Positions 10,444 to 19,227 of a DNA stretch of 64,000 nt are shown piece after piece (position 1 is the stretch's first letter; each line of letters opens with the position of its first letter). The notes beneath the pieces are model-generated. The model was not told the origin of the DNA and searched no databases. It saw nothing but the letters and a program-made list of their open reading frames with translations. The position numbers were made by a program, and so were the translations under genes. The stretch lies in assembly GCA_012512265.1 (NCBI GenBank), contig JAAZEM010000118.1, forward strand, positions 6,679 to 70,678. The letters run 5' to 3'. Source of the stretch: Armatimonadota bacterium. GTDB lineage: Bacteria; Armatimonadota; JAAZEB01.

Positions 10444-11322
10444 CTAGATTAGTCCCAATCCCTGCAGGGCCGCGTCCACCACGGCTCGCTCTTTCTCGTT
10501 GGCTTCGACCAGCGGGAGGCGCACACCACCGACGGGAACCCCGATGCGGTTGAGGCCATACTTCACCGGCACGGGGTTGGTCGTCACGAAGATCGCCTTG
10601 AAGAGGGGCAGCAGCTTCAGGTGAAGCTCCAAAGCCCCGGCGGTGTCGCCAGCGGCGAACTTATCCACCATCTCGCGGATCAGCTTGCCCGCCAGGTGGC
10701 CTGCCACGCTGATGATGCCATGCCCGCCAACGGCCATGATCGGGAGCGTCACGCCATCGTCCCCGCTGTAGATCAGGAACGATGGCGGTGTGTTCGCCCG
10801 GATCTCCGCCACAGCCTCGAGGTTCTTGCTCGCCTCCTTGACCGACACGATATTCGGTATCTCCGAGAGGCGAATGATCGTCTGCGGCTCGATGTTGGTC
10901 ACCGTCCGCGTGGGCACATTGTAGAGGATGACCGGAATGGAGATGCTCTGCGCGACCGCTTTGAAATGCTGGTAAAGGCCCTCCTGAGAAGGCTTGTTGT
11001 AGTAGGGCGCCACGAGCATCACCGCGTCAACGCCGATCTTCTCGGCCTGGCGAGAGAGCTCGATGCTCTCGGCGGTGCAATAGTTGCCGGTGCCAGCAAT
11101 GACGGCAGCTTTGCCCGCGGCCACACCTTTGACGACCTTGAAAAGCTCCAACTTCTCAGCCGTTGTCAGCGTCGGCGACTCCCCCGTGGTCCCACTGACC
11201 ACGATTCCCTGCGTTCCCGTGTCGATGAGGTGTTGTGCCAGGCGCTCGGCGGCTTTATAGTCCACGTTGAGATCTGAGTCAAAGGGCGTGACCATCGCCG
11301 TGAGCAATCTGCCGAGTTCCAT
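10444..11322 (-). CDS. dapA: 4-hydroxy-tetrahydrodipicolinate synthase
   Basis: TAMVTPF, GTTGES, PYYNKP, LYNVP, KEAS, SGDD, NPVPVK. Confidence 0.95.
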   Translation of the reverse strand: MELGRLLTAMVTPFDSDLNVDYKAAERLAQHLIDTGTQGIVVSGTTGESPTLTTAEKLELFKVVKGVAAGKAAVIAGTGNYCTAESIELSRQAEKIGVDAVMLVAPYYNKPSQEGLYQHFKAVAQSISIPVILYNVPTRTVTNIEPQTIIRLSEIPNIVSVKEASKNLEAVAEIRANTPPSFLIYSGDDGVTLPIMAVGGHGIISVAGHLAGKLIREMVDKFAAGDTAGALELHLKLLPLFKAIFVTTNPVPVKYGLNRIGVPVGGVRLPLVEANEKERAVVDAALQGLGLI

Positions 11323-11364
11323 GCAAGTATCCCTTCCTGTAGCGGGGCTTGTTCCCCCTCTCGT

Positions 11365-11393
11365 AGTATAGCGAAAAGCCGGAAGGGTGTCAA
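11365..11393 (-). promoter_or_regulatory. Sigma70-type promoter of dapA
   Basis: TTGACA-17 bp-TATACT on the minus strand. Confidence 0.75.
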
Positions 11394-11418
11394 CGAAAAG
11401 CCCTGCGCCCTCTCCGCT

Positions 11419-11934
11419 TTAGAGCCGGCGCTCGCGGGCAAGCGCCTTGCAGAGTGTGAGATACGCCTCATCGAGACGCGCTTCCTCCTGGCGCGCCCGC
11501 GCCTGCTGGATGGGATCGTCCGGGAACTGCTCCGGATTGCACCGCTCCTTGAGCCTGCGGTAAGCCCGCCCCACCTGCTCCAGATTGGCGGTCGGCGGCA
11601 ACCCGAGCGCCGCGTAGTGCGAAGCCAATGCGGCCAGGCCGGGAGGAGGGCTCTTTGCCTGCGCTCCCAGATCCAGCGTGGGGGTGCCCTCTGGACTACG
11701 CCCGTCCACGGTGGGCGTCTCTGGCAGTCTCAGCTCCCGAGGTGTTGCCACCGGAGGCGGCGTGCCGCCGTTCAAGGCCCTGGCTTCGATCTCCGCCCGG
11801 GCTTCCATCTCCGCGCAGGCTTGCTCCACCTCTTCGCGCGCATCCCGGTGTGCGCGGTCTGGCCGGCGCAGGGAAGCCCCCACCGAGCGGCTCATGCCGC
11901 GCATCACCCGCCATAACCTTCTGTTCAGCGCCAT
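11419..11934 (-). CDS. Protein with degenerate C-terminal J-domain
   Basis: HYAALGL...QVGRAYRRL...NPEQF...LDEAYLTL; HPD replaced by NPE; AAGGAGAGG RBS. Confidence 0.7.
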   Translation of the reverse strand: MALNRRLWRVMRGMSRSVGASLRRPDRAHRDAREEVEQACAEMEARAEIEARALNGGTPPPVATPRELRLPETPTVDGRSPEGTPTLDLGAQAKSPPPGLAALASHYAALGLPPTANLEQVGRAYRRLKERCNPEQFPDDPIQQARARQEEARLDEAYLTLCKALARERRL

Positions 11935-12077
11935 GTCGCCCCTCTCCTTAGTGGAACGCGCCCCCTCTGCCCATCGCCCGAAACGCCTCCAAGCGTTTGT
12001 CCCTAGCGGCTGGCGCCCGCACGACGCGCCCATTTGTTAGAAGCGCGTATTCCACCGAGAGTGCCCACCGGCGGGGG

Positions 12078-12305
12078 CTACTTCTTGCTGTCCCACTCCC
12101 GGAGCAACTCTCTGAACTCCTCACGGGCGTCTGCTGTGCCTCCCGGGGCCGGCGACACGGCGTCACCACCCGCGGCCTGCCGGATACGCGCGAGCTTCAG
12201 CTCCTGAACCCACTCCTGCAGAATATCGAGTCCCTCGCTATCGAGCTGCTCGATCAGGGGCCGGATCGACTCCAGGAGGTCATGTCGCTTGATGAGATCG
12301 CTCAT
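12078..12305 (-). CDS. Hypothetical small protein
   Basis: 75-aa helical ORF, start overlaps the upstream stop. Confidence 0.55.
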   Translation of the reverse strand: MSDLIKRHDLLESIRPLIEQLDSEGLDILQEWVQELKLARIRQAAGGDAVSPAPGGTADAREEFRELLREWDSKK

Positions 12306-12664
12306 TCTAGTTCCCTCCGGCCAGTCACGATCACGGGACCGTATACCCTGCTGCGTTGCACCCAGCCACGAGCGGTGATCCGTCTTCCCGGAGGCGGCAC
12401 GCTCTTATCGGTGACCACGAGAATCTTCCCGGTGCGGTCTTGAACGCGGAAGATACCCCGGCCTCGAGGAGGCACCTGAAAGCAGTGAGCCACCACCCCT
12501 CGCACGGTCACCCGCCTCCCCGCAAACCGCTCCATATCGATCACGACCTCGCGGATCGGGACCGGCCAATGCGCGCGAACGAGAATCCCCAGTACCATCG
12601 CGACCGATACCGCCGCGAGAGCTATGCCAGTTCGTACTTTCAAACGCTCTCTTGCTCCATGCAA
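12302..12664 (-). CDS. Membrane-anchored OB-fold-like protein
   Basis: N-terminal TM; GRRVTVRGVV, FRVQDRTGKILV, RITARG; start uncertain. Confidence 0.6.
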   Translation of the reverse strand: MHGARERLKVRTGIALAAVSVAMVLGILVRAHWPVPIREVVIDMERFAGRRVTVRGVVAHCFQVPPRGRGIFRVQDRTGKILVVTDKSVPPPGRRITARGWVQRSRVYGPVIVTGRRELE

Positions 12665-12719
12665 CCGAGCGCGGGTGAGCCGGCGTAGTCACGGCCCCGC
12701 GCCTGGCCCCGATCCACAC

Positions 12720-14627
12720 TCATCGCCCCTTGTCAGGGGTTACAGCCGGCTCCGCGGCCTCTCCGGCACCGCCCGCTGGCGCTGGCTTTGTGCCGGTCGG
12801 AGCCAATGCAGCCGCTGGCACCTCCACCGGAACAGCCGGGGCTGTCCCGGCAACCACCGTCACCGGCACGTCGGGAAGCAACGGCGCCAGTGGGAGAGCC
12901 CATCGCGCCTCGCCCTGCGCGTCCGTCTCCAGCGCCACGGCCTGAGCGCCATCCGCCGTCGCGTAGCCGAGTGTCACCTTGATCCCCGTCACAGGGTTGC
13001 CATAGGCATCACGCACGCGGGCCCATACGGTGGCCGGCTCTCCCAAGGCAGGCGGCGCCTCAAAGCGAGTGGTGACCGCGGCAGGTGGTCCCGCCACCGT
13101 CTTCACACGCGCCCGCGCGATCCGCTGGCCGGTGGAGAACGCCACCGTGCCCGAGCCAACGCGCATCGGCAGGAACGCTCCATCCTGCGTCAGCAACCCC
13201 ACCTGGCCCTCGAGCGACCAGGTGACGGCATCCTCCGGAAGATCCTGCCAGGTGCCATCCGGGAGACGTTTTGCCGCGCGGAAGCGCACCCGGGTGCCCG
13301 CGGGCATCACGAGCGCGTCTCCGACCGGTTCCATCCCCTCGGGCGCGAGCAAAGCGAGCTCCCCCTCTTCGGCCGCCGGCTGCGGATCGAGGGCGATCAC
13401 CACGGCGTTCGCGATAGGACGCTGGGGCCCCTGGGAAGGCTGGTTGACCACGAGTTGGCGCAGGGCGAGCGTGGTCGAGCCGCCGCCATCCAGGTTGATC
13501 GCATCCACGGCGCCTTCCTCACGCAACCACTCGGCAAGCTCGAGGAGGGTCATGCCGGCACTCACCATCTGCCGGCCATCGACGGCGGCGAGAAGCAGCT
13601 TTCCATCACGCGTCATGGCGATGGCGCTGCGCGGGGCACGGCCCTGAAGGACATCGCTCCGGAAGCCCTCGGCGCCAGGCTTGAGGCAGATGGCACCGTT
13701 CTTGAGGAGACGCGGGCCGGCCCCGATCGCCTGCCACGCCCTGTCCCAGCTCTCGCCTGCCTCGCCGGTCAGATGGATCTGCACGCAGACAGCATCGCCG
13801 GTATTCGCGGCTTTGAGGAAGGTCGCGGCAGCACCGTGTCCCGAGACGACCAGGCCCTCTCCGGGAATCGGAGTGTTTCCTTGGGCAAAGCGCGTCTCCG
13901 AGATGGTCCCCTCCACCTTGACGCCGGCGCGCAGCGGGCCACTCAGCCATTCGACCACCACCTCGGCGCCGAAGGGATTGGTACCGGTGCGCTCCGCGAA
14001 GCGGGGCGTGAAGAGGATCAGCTCGTTCGCGCCGCGAGGCCGGTTCACCCCGTGGATCGGAAAGGAGCGGCCGCCGATGGTGATCGTGGCCGCGAAGCGG
14101 ACGGGTCCCCACAGGGCACGCCCATCGCGGGTGATCCCGAAGGCGCTCCGCCCCGGGTAAGGCTCGCTGATCAGCTCGCCATCGCTGATTTGGAGGCCGA
14201 GGGGATCCCCCGTGCCGGCGAAGAAGCCGCCATTGATCGCGGCGAGTGCGCCCGTGCGCGCGGCGACTCTGCCTACCACATCACGCCCGCGCATGGGATC
14301 CGCAGTGATGATTCTCTCTTTGGCCGACCGGACCTCCAATCGCCACCCGGGCTGCTTGGGATCGGCACGGAGGAGGTGGGCAGCGAGCGGTTGCTCCTGG
14401 CTCTCGCGCACGACCTGCACATGTTGGATCCCAGGCGCGATCTGACGGGTGATCCGCGAGGGAACGGGTATCTGTGCGGCGGGCGGCTGCTGTACCGACG
14501 GAGCCGGCTGCTGGCCGGCGGCCTGACCCGGAGTCGCCATCAGGAGGAGGAAACCGGCAAGGAGAGCAGCACGAATCGATGAAAGGCGCGCATGAGAGTT
14601 GGGGACGATAGACCTGGCTGCGAGCAC
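12720..14627 (-). CDS. Phosphodiester glycosidase (NAGPA/DUF2233) family exported protein with Ig-like C-terminus
   Basis: AAINGGFF, GAGPRL, APRSAI, VDGR, AINLDGGGS; DAYGNPV Ig-like motif. Confidence 0.85.
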   Translation of the reverse strand: MLAARSIVPNSHARLSSIRAALLAGFLLLMATPGQAAGQQPAPSVQQPPAAQIPVPSRITRQIAPGIQHVQVVRESQEQPLAAHLLRADPKQPGWRLEVRSAKERIITADPMRGRDVVGRVAARTGALAAINGGFFAGTGDPLGLQISDGELISEPYPGRSAFGITRDGRALWGPVRFAATITIGGRSFPIHGVNRPRGANELILFTPRFAERTGTNPFGAEVVVEWLSGPLRAGVKVEGTISETRFAQGNTPIPGEGLVVSGHGAAATFLKAANTGDAVCVQIHLTGEAGESWDRAWQAIGAGPRLLKNGAICLKPGAEGFRSDVLQGRAPRSAIAMTRDGKLLLAAVDGRQMVSAGMTLLELAEWLREEGAVDAINLDGGGSTTLALRQLVVNQPSQGPQRPIANAVVIALDPQPAAEEGELALLAPEGMEPVGDALVMPAGTRVRFRAAKRLPDGTWQDLPEDAVTWSLEGQVGLLTQDGAFLPMRVGSGTVAFSTGQRIARARVKTVAGPPAAVTTRFEAPPALGEPATVWARVRDAYGNPVTGIKVTLGYATADGAQAVALETDAQGEARWALPLAPLLPDVPVTVVAGTAPAVPVEVPAAALAPTGTKPAPAGGAGEAAEPAVTPDKGR

Positions 14628-14809
14628 GACGGACGGAATCTCCTCTCCGGGCGAGCACCCCTGCCGATCTCACCCGGCGCTCGGACCAAGACCATCTCTG
14701 GCAAGCCCCTCATGGGGAGGGAGAGAAGAGCGAGGCATGGCTCCGGTCTTCTCGGCGCTTGTCGGGTGAGCAACCTTTTGAACAGGCCACGAAGGGTATC
14801 TCCGGGAGA

Positions 14810-14839
14810 ATCATATCAGATAGGCGGAGAGGAAGTCAA
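14810..14839 (-). promoter_or_regulatory. Sigma70-type promoter
   Basis: TTGACT-18 bp-TATGAT with extended -10 TG, upstream of the NAGPA-family gene. Confidence 0.55.
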
Positions 14840-14869
14840 TGCGAAGGAGGCAGGCGGAGATGCGGCGGG

Positions 14870-14903
14870 GCACAGGGTGCCCGTCACCTCGGGCACCCTG
14901 TGC
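14870..14903. terminator. Strong hairpin
   Basis: GCACAGGGTGCCCG-TCACCT-CGGGCACCCTGTGC, 14-bp perfect stem. Confidence 0.65.
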
Positions 14904-15180
14904 AAACCTTGTTGACTTCCTGCGCGCCGTTGCGCGGCGGAACCTGCTGGCGACGGATCACTTCATGCGCCGCGTTGATGGAGAGACCTACCACATCCCC
15001 TGCCACGACCCTCCGGAAGCCAACCTACCATTCACCCTGCCACCTGCTTCCGGAGAAAAAACGTCATTCTCTCCTACCACTCGCTCTCGCGACTCCATCC
15101 GCGACGCGGCTCCTCCCGCGCATGCCACCCACGGATCCGCCGCTGTCCCGCACAGAACAGCACGCATCTGAGAAGCAACA

Positions 15181-15222
15181 AGGGCCCGCTGCCGGATGGC
15201 CGAGTTTCCGGTAGCGGACCCT
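15181..15222 (-). terminator. Putative riboswitch expression-platform terminator
   Basis: 16-bp imperfect stem followed on the minus strand by TGTTGCTTCT, ~30 nt after the aptamer. Confidence 0.6.
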
Positions 15223-15251
15223 CTTAAAAAGGGCTCTCTGCTCGCGAGTTC

Positions 15252-15353
15252 TTCGGCAACCCGGCTGTCATATCGGCGCTGCGAACGCAGCTACCGACGT
15301 AGACCCGTTGTTTTGCGCCCCCTCGTTTCCTCGGGTTTGCCTTTTCGGACCGC
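15252..15353 (-). ncRNA. c-di-GMP-I (GEMM-I) riboswitch
   Basis: Minus strand reads AAAAGGCAAACCCGAGGAAACGAGGGGGCGCAAAACAACGGGTCTAC...ATGACAGCCGGGTTGCCGAA, matching GEMM-I hallmarks (GGCAAA, GAAA loop, GCAAA, CAGCC...TTGCC). Confidence 0.85.
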
Positions 15354-15652
15354 CCGACGCACATCCACGCGAAGCGTGCAGCAGCCTCTTGCCAGGCCCC
15401 GCCCGCCTCCGACGGCTTTCGGCGTTCGGGCTCTCCTGACGAGCCTTCCGTTTCTTGAGACGAACCGTACCACTACTTTGTTCCACCTCTCTCCCCCGTT
15501 GTGCGGGGAGGGGTGGTCGGGGCGTGACCGCACATTGGCATCATATCTGCTTGTCCCGTGATGCCTTGTTTGACGCGGTCGCGCCAGGGAACGATGCCGT
15601 CAGTGTTCCGCCAGGGGAATCCATCCTGGCGCCGGGGGAAAGGGGGAGCTTG

Positions 15653-15970
15653 GTGATCAATACGCGGTCCGCTGTTGGCACAGCGCCAGATGCGCAGCCC
15701 GAGGTCGGAGGGGAGCGTCCGAGTGGCGTCCGCCGCCCATTCGTGCTGTGCGCCAAGCACATGGAGCAACGGCGAGAGTGGATCAACCTGCAAGAGAGCG
15801 ACGAGAAACGCGAGATGCACCGCCGTCTCTTCCGATCCGTCGCACAGTGTCCCGACTGCCAGGAGCTCTCTTGGAGTGGGCAGGCCCCGCCACCACAGCC
15901 CGAGCCGCAGCCACAGGCGCAGCAGCCGGATACCTATTCCTGGTGGCGCGACGTGATGGGCCAGCCATAG
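15653..15970 (+). CDS. Hypothetical small protein with CxxH...CxxC
   Basis: GTG after AGGGGGAG; LCAKH...QCPDC, Pro/Gln-rich tail. Confidence 0.5.
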   Translation: MINTRSAVGTAPDAQPEVGGERPSGVRRPFVLCAKHMEQRREWINLQESDEKREMHRRLFRSVAQCPDCQELSWSGQAPPPQPEPQPQAQQPDTYSWWRDVMGQP

Positions 15971-16040
15971 AAACGCGAGGTGAGATCGCGGAGGAGGAGG
16001 GATGGGCGATTGTCCCTCTGCGCTTCTTGGCAGGGGCAGG

Positions 16041-17180
16041 TCAGGCGCTGCCACCCCCGGGCTGCTTCCGGCGGCGATAGGCCTCGCGCACGGCATCAAT
16101 GGGCGACATTTTGCCCGTAGCCGGATCGCGCAGGTACCAGTGCTCCCATCCGTTGCACGCGGGAAGCTGGCCGGCGCGCCTTCCCATCGCATGGATCGAC
16201 CCGGCCTCGTCGCCCAGACGCACCCGGCCGTCGGGGAGAACGAGCGCGGTGATATCCGACCGGCGGTTGAAGTGCAGGGTTGTCCCAGGCGGAATGAGGC
16301 CCTCAGATACGAGCGTGGAGAAGGGGATGCGCGGCAGGCGGCGGCGTTCTACCACGTGGCTATCGGGAAGCCCCTCGGGCTGCACCGCCTCGATGCGTGC
16401 GCGCGCCGCTTCGATGTAGGTCTCGTCGCGCTCGATGCCGATCCAGTGCCGACCCAGGCGCTTCGCCACCGCGCCCGTGGTGCCGGTGCCAAAGAAGGGA
16501 TCCAGAACCACATCGCCCGGGTTGGAGGAGGAGAGGATCACCCGGCGCAGCAGCTCCTCCGGCTTCTGTGTGGAGTGTAGCTTTCGGCCATCGGCTTGCA
16601 GGCGCTCTTCCCCCCGGCAGACCGGGATCAGCCAGTCACTGCGCATCTGCGTGCCACCGTTCAGCTCCTTCATCAGCTGATAGTTGAAGGTGTAGCGCTT
16701 CTGCCGTTCCGACTTTTTGGCCCAAAGCAGCGTCTCATGGGCATTCGTGAAGCGCACCCCGCGGAAATTCGGCATCGGGTTCCGCTTGATCCAGACGATC
16801 TCGTTCAGAATCCAATAGCCAGTATCCTGAAGGAGGGCACCCACGCGATGGATGTTGTGGTAAGTGCCGATCACCCAGAGCGTCGCGGTCTCCTTCATCA
16901 CCCTGCGGCAAGCGCGCAGCCACTCCGCGGTGAAGGCGTCGTACTCCGCGAAGCTCCCGAACGAGTCCCAGGCATCATCCACGCCATCCACTCGAGTCAG
17001 GTTCGGGCGCAGCAGCGTCTCCTCCCCCAGCTGCAAGTAGTAAGGCGGATCGGCGAAGACCAGGTCCACGCACTCCTCGGGGAGTTCCTGGAGCACCTGC
17101 CGGCAATCGCCCTGGAGGATCACATCTAGCGGGAGGGGCACTTGCGAGGTGCGGCTCGGCAAAGGCGCTACTCCTTCCAC
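16041..17180 (-). CDS. Orphan beta-class adenine DNA methyltransferase, CcrM/M.HinfI-like
   Basis: FADPPY, GTYHNI, NPMPNFRG, HSTQKPE, VLDPFFGTGTTG, C-terminal GSIH...ACNGWEHW domain typical of CcrM; start uncertain. Confidence 0.9.
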   Translation of the reverse strand: MEGVAPLPSRTSQVPLPLDVILQGDCRQVLQELPEECVDLVFADPPYYLQLGEETLLRPNLTRVDGVDDAWDSFGSFAEYDAFTAEWLRACRRVMKETATLWVIGTYHNIHRVGALLQDTGYWILNEIVWIKRNPMPNFRGVRFTNAHETLLWAKKSERQKRYTFNYQLMKELNGGTQMRSDWLIPVCRGEERLQADGRKLHSTQKPEELLRRVILSSSNPGDVVLDPFFGTGTTGAVAKRLGRHWIGIERDETYIEAARARIEAVQPEGLPDSHVVERRRLPRIPFSTLVSEGLIPPGTTLHFNRRSDITALVLPDGRVRLGDEAGSIHAMGRRAGQLPACNGWEHWYLRDPATGKMSPIDAVREAYRRRKQPGGGSA

Positions 17181-17234
17181 TCGCCGGGGTTTGGCCCCCT
17201 CTCATCGTGCATCCGTGGCGTGCCCGTCTCGTGA

Positions 17235-18542
17235 TCACAAGGAGCGACCAATCGCCCTCGCGCAATCGGTGCCAATCTTGACCAGGATGTCGGGGCCGCT
17301 GGGCTCCGGCTTTTCGTCATCGGTGGGCGGATCCACACGGGCGTTCGGGAGGAGACGGGCGATCTCCTGAGCGGCCTCTGTCTTGCCAGTGAGGTCGACA
17401 ACGCGGGTGAGGGGCTGCCGCTCCCCGCGCTCCGACCGGCCGATGATCGCGTGGTAGCCCTGGTCGGCCAGGATATCGCGCAATGTCGAAGCCACCCCGT
17501 TGATGCCGGACGCGTTGTGGACGCGCACCGTGATCAGCCCATTCCGATACCACTCCTCACCGCGAAGGAGCCACCCTACGAGCGCCTCCTTCTTGCTCTC
17601 GCTGGGGTCAAGGTACCAGATGCCGTTGCTGCCACGGTAATCGTATCCGGCGATGGTCCCGGTGTAGATCTTCTCCGGGGGCACATTGTAGAAGAGATGC
17701 GCCAGCGCGAGGATCTGGGAGCGGCTGAGGTCCGTGATGGTATTCTCCATCGCGATATCCACCAGCTTATCCAGGTTGAGCAGCGTGGAGGGCGTCATCA
17801 ACTGCCGGGCAACGGCCTTGACAAGCTGTTGCTGGCGGCGCATACGCCCGAAATCCGACTCCGCATCGTGGCGAAAACGCACGTAGCCAACCGCCTGCTC
17901 CCCATTCAGGCGCTGTCGGCCCTTCTTCAGGTGGATATGGAGGTTGCCCCAGTTGTCGTCATAATCCATATCCTTCTCGACATCGATCACCACGCCACCC
18001 ATGGCATCGATCATGTTTCTGGTGCCATACATCTTGATGACGACGTAATGGTCGATTTCGATGCCGAGAAACTGCTCCACGGTCGCCTTGGCAAGGGGAA
18101 CGCCGCCGATGGCGTGCGCCGCGTTGATCTTATCGGTGCCCCGACCATAGGCAAACTCGACGCGCGTATCACGCGGCACCGAGAGCATACCCACGCGCTT
18201 CGCATCCAGATCCAGGCTAACCACGAAGATGGTGTCGGAACGGGCATTCTTGGTGTGCATGATGCCCTTCGACGTGTGGTTGGCATCGATCCCGAGGCAT
18301 AGGATGTAGAGCCGGCTCTTGTTGGGGAAGGCATCACGCGGGTTTGTGGCTGCGATCCGGATCTCGCGAACTTGCTCGCTCAGGCCCGCTCCGGGCGTGA
18401 CGAAGGGCCGGCTCAGGTGGTAAATGGCTCCCGCCGCAATACCCATCCCGACAAACAGGAGGGCGAGGAGGGCGCGCACGAGCCGGCTTTTCCGCCGCCG
18501 GCGTGGATGCAACATACGCGGTGGTATCGGTCTCTCCATCAT
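17235..18542 (-). CDS. LCP (LytR-CpsA-Psr) family protein with LytR_C domain
   Basis: TM anchor, RSDT, SVPRDTRV, KINAA, YVRFRH, DFGRMRRQQ; VHNASGINGVA. Confidence 0.92.
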   Translation of the reverse strand: MMERPIPPRMLHPRRRRKSRLVRALLALLFVGMGIAAGAIYHLSRPFVTPGAGLSEQVREIRIAATNPRDAFPNKSRLYILCLGIDANHTSKGIMHTKNARSDTIFVVSLDLDAKRVGMLSVPRDTRVEFAYGRGTDKINAAHAIGGVPLAKATVEQFLGIEIDHYVVIKMYGTRNMIDAMGGVVIDVEKDMDYDDNWGNLHIHLKKGRQRLNGEQAVGYVRFRHDAESDFGRMRRQQQLVKAVARQLMTPSTLLNLDKLVDIAMENTITDLSRSQILALAHLFYNVPPEKIYTGTIAGYDYRGSNGIWYLDPSESKKEALVGWLLRGEEWYRNGLITVRVHNASGINGVASTLRDILADQGYHAIIGRSERGERQPLTRVVDLTGKTEAAQEIARLLPNARVDPPTDDEKPEPSGPDILVKIGTDCARAIGRSL

Positions 18543-18820
18543 TTTGCTATGGACATACCCCGCTCAGGCCTGAGCGCGGCGTCGAGAAGGCTCTTGCCAG
18601 CCCACGTTTCCGAGGTACCCCTCACGTAGGTGCCCATCGGTAAAGCCGGGGCGTTGATTCATATGCCCCGCCGCGGGGGTCCTTTCGCTCGCGATGTTCA
18701 GCCACCCCGCGCCTCAGAAACGCCCGAGGTGCGACCGGGTGAGCGAAGGGCCCGTGCCCGTGCCGACGCTCCCATCGGAAGACATGCGTCAGAGTGGCCA
18801 GTGCCGATCCGCCGGCCCCT

Positions 18821-18849
18821 ATTATATCACCGTGGCAGCAAGGCGTCAA
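18821..18849 (-). promoter_or_regulatory. Sigma70-type promoter, ~270 nt upstream of the LCP gene
   Basis: TTGACG-17 bp-TATAAT with extended -10 TG. Confidence 0.75.
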
Positions 18850-18891
18850 AATAGGGCCATGCGATGCTTGCCCAAGCGCCGACCTGAAACC

Positions 18892-18919
18892 CCGCGCTGC
18901 TTTCCCGCAAAGGCCCTGC
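18892..18919. repeat. Third copy of the REP-like motif seen at 3016-3042 and 3105-3132
   Basis: CCGCGCTGCTTTCCCGCAAAGGCCCTGC vs CCGCGCTGCTTTCCGGCAAAGCCCCTTC. Confidence 0.6.
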
Positions 18920-19227
18920 GGGCCTCCGCGAGCCTGCCCCCGCCCGCCTGGCATCGCGAGATGGAACCGGATCTCCCTCATGGGCGCGAGGATCGCCGGT
19001 AGGATCGCGCCAGGAGAATGCGCACCTTTGTCGAACGAACCTGTCGGAAGTAGTCCCCGTGAATACTTCGAAGAACTCACTTGCCACCCGGCCGGTTGAG
19101 CCGGGCCGACACGGGCGGCACGGCTTCTCCGCGCTGTCCCGATGAGGAGCGCGGGTGAGTGACGGGCGTTGCGCCTCCCGACACACGCCCTGGCTGTCAC
19201 GCTTTATCGGGAGTGGGAGAGTGTCTG

